Assembly (NCBI GenBank): GCA_050230475.1
Contig: JBFLGF010000052.1
Location: forward strand, 1-64,000
Direction of reading: 5' to 3'
DNA: 64,000 nucleotides
Source: Ancylonema sp.
Lineage: Eukaryota
Below are positions 38,391-51,805 of the stretch, piece after piece. Position numbers and translations under genes: made by a program. Under the pieces are notes generated by a model, which searched no databases, was not told the origin of the DNA, and saw only the letters and a program-made list of their open reading frames with translations. The first letter of the stretch is position 1, and the number at the start of each line of letters is the position of its first letter.

Positions 38391-38997
38391 TGTCATGACG
38401 CTAGAGATCGCTAAGGCGAAACCCCTCTAGATTGATCAGAAACCCCTCTAGATTAATACGTCTCTACAACGAGAGTATTCGATATAACGATAATCTAGAA
38501 TCATTACTTTTTGAGAAAAGTGTGAAGTACTATTTTTGTACGACTTGAAAATAACGCGTGGCGTATTTTCAGAAGTCTAGAAGTTAGCAGTTTCAACAAA
38601 TAGTTGCGTGTCAATACTTTGTAAATCGAAAATGTCACTTTCGACATGTCGACATTCCCGGCGATTAAATCCAGCCGTAGAACTAGAGTATTATTTCGCG
38701 CCGCTTTTCATCGGAGCGCCGAGATGAATTGAAATGTTCTAGAAGCCAGCCTGTCGTGATCTTCGATAGACTAACTCTAGATAATTATGCCGGTTAGCAC
38801 CGCGCAACAATTTTTGGATAAAAGACAAATTGTACTTTCAGATCTGCCAACTTCCGCTGTCAGATTGCGCTGATAAGAAATCTCTTCAACAAATTCTTCT
38901 GTGTTATCTGAATCCTTCGCGATTCTCTGAATATTGCATTCCTTCGCTTATGCGACTTCGCAACGTGCTCGTCTTCCGACGCCAGCCGATAAGATTG
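38391..38997 (+). repeat. 3' LTR, truncated
   Basis: Roughly 90-95% identical by eye to 30357-30980, with an 18-bp deletion near its end. Confidence 0.88.
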
Positions 38998-41581
38998 CCC
39001 TCTTCATTACCTCCCCCATCCCCATGAGCGTCGATCTCGTCGGTGGAGTTCCAAGGTGTCGCTCGGTTCCCCTAGGGTTATGAAACCTTGGTGTTTCATA
39101 GCTTGAGCTAGGATTTGAAGTTGTTCGATTTTCCTTCGTTGAATGCAAATGGGGTTCCATTCGTGCTTCTTTTGCTATATCACATCATCGCTTTTGCGGG
39201 TTTTAATATTTCTTAAAGTTCTTATAAGTAATACCCTTTGAATGGCTTCTCAAATTACTGGTAATAAACTTGATTACGAAAATTTACCACCTTACGTAAT
39301 TGAACGTTTGAGATGCGTTTAAGATGCGATGTATGCATAGTTGCGTGCGAGCCGCTCGGAAGATTTGCGTGCGAGCCGCTCGGAAGATGTGCGAGCGCGT
39401 ACCGAGCGCGTTATTTTCCAAGCGTGCTCAGTACGCGCTCGGGAAACGAGCGCCAACGTCCCAACTTTGGTTAGAGGGTAAATGCGCCGTATACATAGGG
39501 GTATAAACTTAGATTAAATGAAAAAAAGGGAGGGGGGGGGGGGGGCACTAAACATTGTGGCGATTCATAGTATTTGACAACTTGAAAGATTTATCGATAT
39601 ATTTATATTTTGTATTAATTTGTCCTATAAAAAGTGTTTATGGATATTATTTTCGAAAAGAATATTGTTGAAGCTACATATGATTGGATATTTGGTGAAT
39701 GCTAAGTAGAATAAAAACCGGTGCATGGACATTAGGTGACGGTAATTAATGAAGTTGTTGAGTACGTGTATGTATTTGTGTGTGTGAGAGAGATTGTTGT
39801 GTGTGGTGGTACATATATGTCATAATTCATGACACTTGAATTATGGATCCGAGGGCAAAATTATATCACACAACAAACGGCTGTATGAATTTGGGAATTC
39901 AATCGCGGCAATAAAACATACATTTTTTTTTTCCAAGTTGGCGAGATAAAAGAACTCAAACACTTAATATTTATCATTACCCTAGGGTAGTAAACCGGAT
40001 TTAAAGTCTATCCGATATAAAAAATTTAACTCTTACAATCCAAGCTCCTCGAATTTATCGCTGAGAGAAAACGAGGTGGAGGGACTCCACACACGACGGT
40101 GTCATAAACTTATGTGCCAAGATGTTCCAAAGACCGTATTACGCTGGTTTACGAATCTCAATAATTGACGAAAAGTCACACATTACCATCACATCAGAAT
40201 AAAAGGCACATAGTCGTTATAATCGTTTAATCAGTTGTGTACCTCTTAGCACGCGTTTCATGCCAATCACGTGCATATTCTCGTTATGTCGAAGCCTCTC
40301 TTCCTGACGCCAAGACGTAACTACCGGCTCAAAAACTCTTAAGTGAAGAATGACGCTGAATTATGTGTCGTCATGTATTTACGCGCTAGTGCTATTTACA
40401 ACACTAGTCTAAAACGTGACGCCACGTCACGCCGTAAGTCCGATGCATTACACTATAGTCGTACGCGGAAGTTTTGGACAGATGACGATGTCAATAATCT
40501 CTTGGATCAAATTTCGACGAATTTGAAGGACTTTCGTATTTTTCGTCCAGTATTTGCACGGAATAGATGTCAATCAAACATACGGAAGTACTTTAAGAGT
40601 AAAGAGAAATTGCACACCTGTATCCAAGTATACCTGAAGGCACTTGTCAACACCCACGTAGACACGCCCTCAACGAAAGTGCACGCGTGTTTTTTTTTGT
40701 TTTTTTGCACGTGTCAAGATTAGAAAAATACCCGAATGGCATTTTTTTGGGGGGGTTGGCCCCGTAAAATGGCAATCGTACGACCATGCGTATTTTGTAA
40801 GAAAGATGCGTTAAATCGAGGTTACAAAACGATTAAATTACGCGAAAACTATGAGGCGTAAAATGTCATATCAGAAACCTTCTCGTAACACTTGACTACG
40901 CGCGTTGAGTTTCCCGTTCATTGAACACCCTGTTTTAAGATAGCATGACGAAGTAATGTAAGATACAAGATCTAAAATGTAAGATACTCTTTGTGAAAAA
41001 CCGTACGGATCGAGTTCAAATTTCATAAAATTTATCTCACCCTTTCGTCAAACGGAACGCCAACAAATACATTAGTTCACGAATTAGTTCATACTTACAC
41101 TCGCCCATCGTAAGGACCATCAAATTTATTCAATAGGCCAGAATACTGTAAGAAGCACAATGACGAAGAGTATTTCAAAGTTTACCATTTATAAAGGGAT
41201 ACCTATTTAACATGCACCGAAAAATCATCAACTTCACAAGCCCCAATTCTATTGAAGGCTTTTATTTGTTATGATGTCTATTATTCAGCATGAGTACCGA
41301 TAGATGAGATGATTGCACCTTGGAGGATGATGTTCTTTTGTAACCATATTGATGTCACTTTCTGTCATAAAAATATATTATATATACCCATTAACAATGG
41401 GCTCTTACCGCTCAAACGTTGTACTCATAGGTAACTAAAAAAGACAACTATAGGTTACTTCTCGCGAGGTTCTTATTATAACGAACCAAAAGCTTGGGGC
41501 AAATGGCAAAAATTGAACAACCATTACCTTACATCACTTCTGGCAACATCTGTAGGAAGTATATCAACTATTGGGTTTCTT

Positions 41582-44249
41582 CTACATGAACAAATCAAGC
41601 AAGAGGGGATTTCCGGCATAATCCCTATCCTCCGCTCTTGCACTAACCTTTTGCTCGCTCTTTCTCGTTTCCTCAAACTGAATTTCGCAGGATTCTAATG
41701 ACAGTTGTCTCGCACCTTGCAACATAGTATGACCCCACCGCCCCACCCCACCCACCTCGCCCCTCCTCCCCACGTGATTTTCTCGCCTTCCCTCCGTATA
41801 AGGTGACTCCACGCCCACCCCTTCACCTCTCCACGGAGCACGTGCTAGTCCAACATGAGCTCCTGGTTCACTTCCTGGCGATCCTAAAGTCAATGCCGTA
41901 TCATGCACACTTGGTAACGGAACTCCGAACTTGTGCCCACTTGCCTCTTGCCACCTCCATTCCGGTCCCCTAGACCCCCCCCCTCTCCGCGCACCTGCCA
42001 GCAACGCGTGATATGAATTGTGTTGTACTTCTAGGGAAGAAGACTGTGTATTCCATATGCCGTGTGCCATATCCCCCCACTCCTCCTCCCTCTCCCTCTC
42101 GTCACCAGCGAGGCCAGCCACAAGACCCTCAAACGCGATCTCACGTAATCGAGCAGGTGTGGGACCGCTCCCCCACCCACCCTCTCTCCCCTCAGCCAGG
42201 AGTGCTCCATGACTCAGAGGCAGAAGTTGAGCATATGGAAGGAGGGGGGGCTCTCCTGCCGAGGGTGTCTGGTTCGAGGGCCCCAGTCCCCCGCAGGGTA
42301 CCGTGTGAGTTCCATGCGTATGCGAACTGCTGTGTGCGAGTTCCCCCCACCGTTCCGCCCCATTTCCCGCCTTCCACCTCCTGTTTCTGCCACCAACATC
42401 CTGAAGCACCGCTGCTGAGTCAGCTTCGGCTCCTTCCTGAGCCCAGAGCCCGGATTTGGGTACATCCGGAGGGGGCGTACCCCAATCTGAACTCTCTGAC
42501 GACCTCCGAAAGGGCCTCATGAGTTCCTCCAACTGCGGCACGTGGTGCACCCCCCCCCTGCCTTCTCTTGCTCGGAAAGGAGCGGGCAGGTCAATCTCGG
42601 CGACGGATTGGCGTCTTGGCTGAGAGCTCTCCTTTGCCGCACCCTCTTCTTCCCTATTTCCATCCGCTCGCTTTCGTTTCCGTCCTCCCTGCGGGTTCGG
42701 TCGCACTCCCACACCCCCCTCTCCACCAGGTTCCGCCTCCTCAGCGGGATTCTGTACTCTGCCGAGGTTGGAAGGGGATGGCTGCCAGTCGCCAGATCTG
42801 GAGGTTTGGAGAGAGGAAGAGGGGGAGGATGTTGCACCCTTACCGCGGCGACGGGATTTTGTGAGGGGAGGGGACGGAAGAAGATCCACGGAATCAGGAG
42901 AGGTCAGCCGCTGGACCAGGGCCTGCCACGTGGAGGATAAAGGCGGTCAGCATATGGATGGTGAAGCGCGCTGCAAAAACCGTCAGAATCACCAACGCTA
43001 CGAAACCACATTGAAGGCTGACAATAAAGTGTGGCTTTCCACTTCAAACTTTCTCACTTATACAAAACAACTTGTTTTCAGTAGTATCGTCAAATTGCGG
43101 ACCATAACTGCCCGAGCACAGAGAAACGGCGTCACACTGAACTCTGTCACTGAAGAGAAGGTTCAGCGCTGAGGCCGGCTTCTTATGACTCCAATGTGCG
43201 AAGACTGTATTCAGCGGACATTAGTCTGACTTTTACGTATAGGACTGGAGTACATTATTCTTCCCCATCATACGATTCTTGCAAAACCACACGTACACCC
43301 GCTTCTGTTTTCTAGATGTTTTATTGCGACCAGTTGGCATTTGTAGTGCATAATAAGGCACAATCCAGAAAAAGCAAAATTGACCAGAGATTCCATTACG
43401 CCTCCGAGCAAGAGAATGAATAACAGATCATCACAATTGCATGGGCGAACATGCTGGTACCCTTTTCAACAAAAATGTGTGACAATCATTTTATGTAAAT
43501 TCACCGTGCACAATGATAGATGCAGGAATGTTTTGCCTCTCGATAAATTGAGAAATGATCGGACGCCCTTTCAAACATGATTTTAAAGTGACACTCTCCT
43601 AAACTGCAGCGTTAGCAGAATTTGATGCTTCGGGCAGATTTAGGATGTTCGGCGACAATTACTTTTAAGTTTCTGGTTCAAATAGATTATGAACCAGACA
43701 CCCTCCAGTCCATACAGAATGGAGATTCTGAGTCTCTAGAAGCGTGTCCTGCTGAACTCGAAAACTGGATGAAACTCCTGGGAATACAAGTAGCTCGGTC
43801 TGATCGGATCAGATAGGGAGCTCACCAGGAAGTCATGTACGGAAGTGACTAAAGACACCGTCCTCTCCTTCTTCGTCAGCTTCTTCATCGGGGAAGCTAT
43901 TGATAATCCGAATGCAAGTTTTACGGGCATCGCTACATGGAGCATGCGTAGGAACTCGACTACGTGCAGAAGCCATGCTTGCTCTACTTCGATGGCTGTG
44001 CGATGGCTCCGTGATCAGCTCAGTGTCGTGATACCGGTGTCATACCTGCTGATAGACCGACCTATCAAAGATTGTACGGATGGAATATTTGTATTGATCT
44101 GCTGGGTGATGCGAAGTAAGAGCATTTTGACTGAACTGTGTCCACTCCCAGCCACATCTGCTGAGGATCCATTCCTGGTTACCTGCAAGCTCGCACATGG
44201 GAGCTCGCAATGAGTGTTTCCTGTGGTGAAATCGTGACGTTCCTTTCAT
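41582..44249 (-). CDS. Putative spliced gene of unknown function with a long disordered last exon
   Basis: A 435-codon GC-rich open frame (42889-41582) follows an acceptor GGCAG near 42920. Upstream ATG at 44249 with several GT/AG-bounded segments. The exon chain is not resolved. Confidence 0.45.
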
Positions 44250-44611
44250 GATTGGAGTGGCCGATCGAATCTTCAGGGATACAGCACGGGTTGTCGTCCG
44301 TCAAACGAGCTGTTGTCTCCGAAACAGAACGCCGACAAGGAATACGACGATATCGGGCCGTGTCCAAAGCGCGGACACGGCCAGATCAATGTTGTAACGA
44401 AGAGCTCCCGATCACGAAATGTCCGACGGAGTTGCGATTTCCGTTTACCAAGAGAGAAAAGTTCGCCAAGTCCGCTCTCAAACTAATTAAGCTTCAAAAC
44501 TTCGAAGTCTGCAACTTTAATACGGCAGTCCCCTACGGCAAGTAGGAAGTGGAGGAGATCTATGTGAGAAGACGGACAGGGTGCAGAAGTAAAAATTTGG
44601 TGTGTCTTCCG

Positions 44612-46835
44612 ATGAGCGTCGTTATCACGGAGTCCCCTTGCACCCTTGAGTCGCTCGGAGATGACCAGCTTCTTGCCATACTCTGCCTATTGCACCCCTC
44701 CGACTTGGCAACATGTGCTCTCGTCTGTAGGCGCTGGAAGGTCCTCTGTCAGAACGACAGTCAGCTCTGGCTTTTGAAATGTCACGCAGAGTGGAGTTCA
44801 TTCACACAAGTGCAGCGTTGGTCCTCCCTCGGCCCTCCATCTGATCAATTTTACCGATTCCTGCATCACTTTTTGACTCAGTGGACGCCTCTGTTGGGGC
44901 TATGGAGAGACGTTTCTGGCGACCTTTACTTTTTCCGCTGGCAGTCCACATACATGGAGGGCATCCGCTTACAGCGGGTCCCTTCTCGGTGCATCGGCCT
45001 CACTCCAGTACCCTGTCTATCCCTAGGTCTGTCGCCAGACGGACGTCCATTATGCCTTTTGGAAACTGCCCCCAGATTGCCTAGTGACGAAGATGCAAGC
45101 GAGCACAGCCCCATTCAACGCTGGTGCCGAAATCGAGTACCTTCAGACACCGCTTCCGCACCAGTCCCCACCTCATCACCTCGTAGATTGGAGATCGGAG
45201 ATGCGAGCACCGAATGCCACACTCCACTGGCTAAGCTACCCTCGTCTCTGGCATCTCACTTGTCCGTTTCTGATCCCCCATCCGCCATCCCCCATCCCCC
45301 ATCCCCCGTTCGTGTGCCATCCGTCTCTCCCGACCCTCTCCATACCACGCCTCCGTCCATGAACGAGAGTCCCATCGAGTTACCCGGAACCGTCCACGTA
45401 GTTTCCGTACAGCTGGTCGGCAAAGAGCACGCGGTGATTGAGGATTGTCGATCCCCGACAGCATCGCCGTGGGACTCCAGAGGGACCTCTTCGTTGTCCC
45501 CTATCGACCAACGGATTGGAGGTTCAGCCTCTGGGGTGCGAAACGGCACATCAGGTGCGTCCAGATCGTAACCCATAAATCAGGGTGAAGTTCACACGTG
45601 CATGTCTTGGGTTTAGAGGTAAATCAGAATTCAAAATCATAGGTTGGGTAGTGTGTTCGTGCTCCTAATCTGTGCTTTTCGACCGTTTTCCTCCCTGGTG
45701 ATGACAGCTGGCACTGAGTCAACGGCTCAAATGCGACCAGAGTTGCACCAGGGCCTTACCAGGGTCTAACCAGGGGGAAATCACGGTACCTTGTGCAGGA
45801 ATCGTGCCTTATGAGCGGTACGGAGCGTATGCCTCGCGTTCGCTCGGCGACTTGAGCAGGAGAAAGCAGAGAGGAGGCAGAAGAAGGCGAGGGAAGGGGG
45901 AGGATGTATGGGAGGCCAAGCATTTAGTGCGCGTCCCACAGGACCTTACTTGCTCTTCAGACATATACCCATTGCAAGGGTTATGGCAGGTAGTGACTCG
46001 CTCACGTGTCTCAACCTTATGTCGTTTTGGAAGTTTCGTAAAGAAAATCTTGGTTGTTTTACATTACAAAACTGAAGTATAGTTGAATCATGTATTGTTT
46101 GCAGCAGTGAGGTCAATACTTTTTACATTCTATAATTTATCCTCCCCTCTTTTATGTGAGTATGTTGATCCCCATCGTTATGCATGTGTTGCCTCAGTAT
46201 CCACAACTCTCTAATTTTTTTTGTGGAGCGTCTTGTTCGCTCAAGTTCGTACTTTTGTGCTGGTTCTTATATTGAGGGTTCTTGTCATGAGTGTTCATAT
46301 AATGAAGGTTCTTGTAATGAGGGTTCTTATCTCGGAAGATGGGAGGTGGGTGGTGCAGGCAGTGGCCCAAAACGATGACTTGAGTTTCGTCCTCGTGGTC
46401 TACGAAGGAGGAGTGATCATATGTCGCCACGTGTCCCATGCAAACAAGCAAGCAAGCGGTGGCAAAGTATTTTGGGAGTGCGACACGAGTTCAGAGTTGT
46501 TGCCGCCCTTTTCTCAAAGTGTGGAGCGAGATTTTAGAAGTAGACGCCACTTTTTGCCGCATCGAGGGGGAAGATACTATTGGAATAAGATTGAGGAGGA
46601 AAACTCTATATCTTCTTGGCACGTTGATCCAGAGGGCCTTCAGTTTGATAATGAAAATGTTGAGATGGAGGATAGCTTTACTAAGGTGTACTTCACAGGC
46701 GACCATAGAGTAGAGAGACCAATGCTAGAAGGCAAAGTGTGGGTGTATGGGAATGGGAACTTTGGCTATGGCCCTCCTGGCGCCAATTTTGTTGTTGACT
46801 TTCAACGCGTAGCCTGTGGTGCATTTTGGCCTTAG
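44612..46835 (+). CDS. F-box protein (resembles the plant At5g39450-type family), 3 exons
   Basis: Exons 44612-45554, 45799-45989, 46359-46835. F-box LESLGDDQLLAILCLL..LATCALVCRRW, then PLLGLW, PLQGLW and GKVWVYGNGNFGYG. Confidence 0.85.
46273..46330. repeat. 15-bp x4 tandem repeat in an intron
   Basis: TGAGGGTTCTTGTCA-like units. Confidence 0.65.
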
Positions 46836-47054
46836 GGACCATTAGTTTGTAGGATGTGAGAAAACTTTGAAAACTGTCCATATCAGGCGTACATAATGTT
46901 TCGAACTCGTTTTTTTTTCACTGATTAACATGTTGTGGTCATGTTGATCTGCCTATCTTGAGACACCTCATGCTTATTGTATACTTGAGTCGTCAAAACT
47001 GATGATATGTTGCTTTTTATTTCTTGGTGGGTGCATTGATTGAGCAACCAAATG

Positions 47055-47458
47055 TAGGGATGAGCTCCCTCGTTTGAAATGAAGAAGCATACAGTGTCTC
47101 CCCCGTCCCCCTAATGCTTCCACCGTGGACGGGGGTCCAAACCCCGGCTAGGGATATCCTAGCTGCATTTGTTGTCACGAGGGGGACCCGGCTGAAAACG
47201 GGGGACACGGGGGGGAAATAATGGGGGATGTCGTTGATCGAGTGCATCCAACGACTGAAAGGCTAGAAAGACCTCAGACCCGAGACCCCACATCCCCCGT
47301 AGTCTCCCCCGTGTCCCCCCGATTCCCCCGTTTTCCCAGCCTGCGGTTCCGTCCCCCGTGTTCCCCCGTATTTTGAGAAGAAGCTTACGGCGGATCCCCC
47401 ATAAGGGGACGGGGGACGGGGGAGCCGGAGCACGGGAGAACGGGGGAGCGCATCCCTA
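47055..47458. mobile_element. hAT MITE (GTCCCCC subterminal repeats)
   Basis: 20-bp TIR TAGGGATG(A/C)GCTCCC(T/C)CGTT, TSD ACCAAATG / ACTAAATG (7/8). Confidence 0.85.
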
Positions 47459-48314
47459 ACTAAATGATCACCCGAGTTTTTGAAGTTCATCCTCTTTCTT
47501 TAACCAACGAAAAATTTTTTTGTTGGATCGTAAGAGGCCAACATAGGGGAGGATAAGTGGGAATGCTCTATCACTTGATAATGATAGTGCGGCCCGGATT
47601 ATAACAATGGATCACCGGTCTCACTTTATTGTAATTGGGTTTAACCCTTCATCCAAGTGAGCTGAAATTCTGATGCCGAGTGATCATCGCTAGCTAGTAC
47701 AAATCCAAACATGGGAAGATTTGATGTTTGAAAGCTCTTAGGAGAACGAGGGTTCGGGTACTTCCAGCGGATGTAGGGCAAAACTTTGAACATAGTGATG
47801 TCTCACCCGGTGGAAAGTCCGATATGCAATAGGTCTCGCGACCGGGGTGAACTTGAGTTTTCGGGGTCTAGCGAAGCTGCTTGCCAATATTTGACTTTTT
47901 GTGATTTAGAGAAGACAACCTGCACTGCCCCAAAATCACCAACGAAAATCGAATGTCTTGGTCGGTGTTTCGATCCAGTAGTTGTTGATCGGGTTTGACA
48001 AACCCCGTAGACGATCCACCACATTTCGGTCGTAGATGTGTCGAGTGAACGACTACCTCTACGACTTGAAGCAAGCCCACTGGCATGTTGTAGAGTGGAA
48101 GCAGTGCTTATTAATACTATGTTGATTAAGAACCTGTCTTAACTAACAAAAACATTTCCGCCGGATTTCGAGTTATCACCCAGAATCCGACGTGTTAATT
48201 GAAGACCTGTCTTAATTGAGAAATTTTCCCGGTCCCGACAAGACTATTTAAGACGGGTTTTATTGTAGTACAATATCTAGTAAACTATACATTTCCTTCG
48301 GTCTGCTTTGGAGT

Positions 48315-48699
48315 CATAGTAATACCCGGACGCTTTGCGGACCCGGACGTTGCGGAGGCGTCAGCTAGCGGACATCCTCTCGACGCGTCCGAAATTTCCG
48401 GCGGACGTCCGGGTACTGAGCTATTTTGGTTTTTGAATTTTGTTCCTCACACCCCATAGACCCCATATTTTTATTTTATTTTGCTAAAATTTTCGTGGTA
48501 TGGACCGGTAGGCCACGTCTTGAAGTGAGCTATACGTTGTAGGTGCTAAAGACCGGAAGAACAAAAATATATATGTCGTCCAACAACTTTTGATTTGGTC
48601 AATAACCAATAAATACCCGGACGCTTTGCAGACCCGGACGTCGCGGACGAGTGCCGGACGCGTCCGCGAAAAAGGATGACCCGTCCGGGTACTACTATG
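48315..48699. mobile_element. hAT-like MITE (CCGGACG repeats)
   Basis: TIR CATAGTAATACCCGGACG / CGTCCGGGTACTACTATG. No clear TSD. Confidence 0.7.
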
Positions 48700-49126
48700 T
48701 TCACAATTCCATATATCATACCTTATACATACTCTTATCATTTTTTGGGTGGACAACTTGATCCCCATTACAGCTTGGAACGTGGTGTTATAATTTATAT
48801 GCGTGAGACAACAAAGAGGAGAACTTCAACACGGCAAGAGACGCTAGGAGTGGAGAGTGGTCCTGGCCAAGGTTGCACAATACGCACACTACTCTGAGTT
48901 ACCATACGTTGAATACGCGTAGTGTGCCCCCAACGTTTTAATACGCTAATATACGCCAAAAAATACGCTAAATTTTAATATAAATTTTCGGTACGATATT
49001 GCAATACGAGAATTTTGATGGAGGCAACAACATTGCGAGGTGCATTTCGTTTGAAAGTGAAATAGTGAAAGTAAAATTTATTCGATATTTCATCGCACGG
49101 CACAAATCTTTAATTTCGATAGTAAC

Positions 49127-50008
49127 CATAGTAGAACTGATACGGCTAGATACCCCTCGATACGCCGTCGGATACGCCGATACGGATACGGGTACGCCGA
49201 TACGGCACCTTTTGCCCGCGATACGGAAAATCCGGGTTTCGATACGGCAAATATTCAACGCGTGGGAAGGATATCCGTATTTTCCTCGTTCCACCTTCAC
49301 CTATGTTCTCATATGTAGGCCTTAGACCGGGCCGTCCGGCAACGGTAGTGACGTGGACTACGGACATCTATATAATTGTCGCAATGTAGGTGGTTCAGGT
49401 GAATGGAAGGTTGTCGATTGCCACCCACGACACGCCCGAGTATCACTCTATCACATCCAACCGGCAATCTAACGATAGAAGACAAGTTGATGGCGTCGAA
49501 TCATCATGTGGCGTCGAAACAAATTGACGTCCCATAGAAAGGAAATGAGGTGTGCAAGAAAAAGAGATGATGTTGTACTCTATATGAATTGATGTGTGTC
49601 AATGACGCAGATTTTGCAACATGTCACTCATTTTGTCGATGTAAATGGATTGCCGCATGTACATGGATTGGCGTATGTGCATGGAGAGAAAATGAATCAT
49701 ATGTCGTCAAGGAAGAAATACTTTGACCATTTGAAATATTTGAAATACTTGGAATACTTGAAAGTGGAGAATGAATATGATAATGACTTTGTTATGTAAA
49801 TAAAAGTTGACTAAAAACTGTTCGTTTGGAGAGGGTAAAACATGTAAACTAATGTGAAAGATTGGTATAAACTAAAAGGGAGAAACAACAAAAAATAAAT
49901 CAAAACCGAAAAAAAATGTATCGAAAACCCGATACGGGAGACATTGCCGTATCCCCGTCCGTATCCGTATCCGATACCGATACGCGTACCCGTATCGGTG
50001 CTACTATG
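49127..50008. mobile_element. hAT MITE (GATAC/GTATC repeats)
   Basis: TIR CATAGTAG / CTACTATG, TSD ATAGTAAC / CTAGTAAC (7/8). Confidence 0.85.
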
Positions 50009-50392
50009 CTAGTAACCCTCACCCGACCGTCCAAGGTTAAGGTGGGATCTGGCGGGAAGGACACGATGGGATGGGACACGTTACTCCAATTTCCACAACT
50101 TGCAAGATCATCGGACTCGGCTCTAATAAGTACTACTCATGATGCATGTTCTCATGTCGATGACAAGGAATAACAGTTGGAAGGAGGTTCTCTAAGGCAT
50201 TCTAGCTTATTTTTTGATGACTTGGTCGAGCGATAGGCCTTGGAAGTTTTTACAAAAAATATGCAATAGATAATGGAGTAGGATTCATGTGATTGATATA
50301 ACTTATAAAGTTTTAAATTCTAATTTTTATAATTTATAGTTTATAATACATATTATAAATTATTGTTTTTTGGAATGGTTTACTATAAAGTA

Positions 50393-51332
50393 AAGTTCTC
50401 CCTCGATATAAGGACCCTATAAAAAGGACGGCCTCGATATAAGGACAGTTCTTATAAACTAATTTAAAATCAATACAAAATCGCCCTCGATACAAGCATA
50501 TCGACACTCTATATAAAGACAACTTATTACGAAAATTTGTCAGTGAATGTCCTTATACACTGTATAGAACGTTGTTTCTCTCATATAACGAGTATGGAAA
50601 TCGAAAAAAATATAGAATATAGAAATTACACAAAAAAACGTCGATTCAAGTGATGAAAATCATGGGTGCAAACTAATATTAAACGTTTCTTTCATGCTAG
50701 TTATGGTCTAATCATGTCGTTATGTGTCGGTACGTGTGTCCATTTGTTATGCCATATTGAAAGTTGCATGACAATCTTTGAATCTATTTCTTCAAATCAT
50801 GAAAATGTACACAATGATTTTGATAAATCTGGTTTGTTGGAATGTATAGGAATTTAGTATTTTGTTTGCGGTTCACAATTTGGATATGATATAGTTCTCT
50901 TCATGACAAGTTTTGGTTTGTCTTGTCAACAATTGTCCATGTTGTTCATGACCATAGTGTATACTCCATGTCCAACAAAATATGCGAGAACTTTGTTGCT
51001 TAGTACGTCCTTAATACCACCCAACTCTCCTCGTAAAGTTGGTTAATTAAGTTTTGTTAGTCGCAATGTATTGGTCTCATTACGCACTTGTATAGCTTGC
51101 ATCACAACACCCACGCTGAATTGGATGATGATGCCAAGTCAACTTATTCTAGGCATGATGTGAAAAACATATTTGTTTATCTACTTTGCTTCATTCACGA
51201 AGTCCCTCGATTCAAGGACACACATCTTGAAATCCATGTAGTAAATATCCTTATACAGTGTATAAGGACACCTAGATATAAGTTTTTTTTTTTTTTTTTT
51301 TTTTTTTGGGTCTTCATATCGAGGTAGCACTG
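50393..51332. mobile_element. pogo-like element (CCTCGATATAAGG repeats)
   Basis: TA-AAGTTCTCCCTCGATATAAG ... CTTCATATCGAGGTAGCACTG-TA. Confidence 0.6.
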
Positions 51333-51805
51333 TATAGTTTTCTGAATTCCAATTTTTCATTTGTTGTTAGATTCTTGCATTCCATTTTTGCATCACCAAA
51401 CTCAAGTAAGAACGGAAGCCATGATCGAGCCTTTTTTGGAACCGGTTGCAAATGGGAATGGAGTAAAGATTGATGAAATATTTGCAAATGTTATGCGAAT
51501 GCCCCATTCTCGCATCAGCAAAATGAATAAAACATGTGTACATCTAGTGGTAGAACATGCGCTTGTCATGCCTAGCATGTATAAATGCCTCTTTTGATAG
51601 CTTAGGATTAAATTTGATTTAGGATAGCCACCCGATGTTACATTTCCATTTCCGGATATTTGTGGGGTCTAAAACCGTGAAAAATCGCATATTTATTGAC
51701 AATACGCGTATTATCAAATCGCGATAATTTTTAATACGTGAAAGACGGCGTATTGTGACTTAGCATATTGGTAGCGTATTGCGTATTGTGCAACTCAGGT
51801 CCAGA

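Larger units (their letters stand above)
30357..38997 (+). mobile_element. Non-autonomous LTR retroelement (probably Gypsy-derived): gag, 2xCCHC, protease, coiled coil, DNMT-like domain; no RT/RH/IN seen
   Basis: Direct repeats start TGTCATGACG at 30357 and 38391 (~600 bp shared). Four ORFs (32824, 34366, 34678, 35467) share one frame and are separated by single stops. Confidence 0.85.
48868..51798. mobile_element. hAT-like element (AATACG repeats) with two nested insertions
   Basis: Ends CAAGGTTGCACAATACGC / GCGTATTGTGCAACTCAG. Flanks GTCCTGG / GTCCAGA match partly. Confidence 0.62.
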
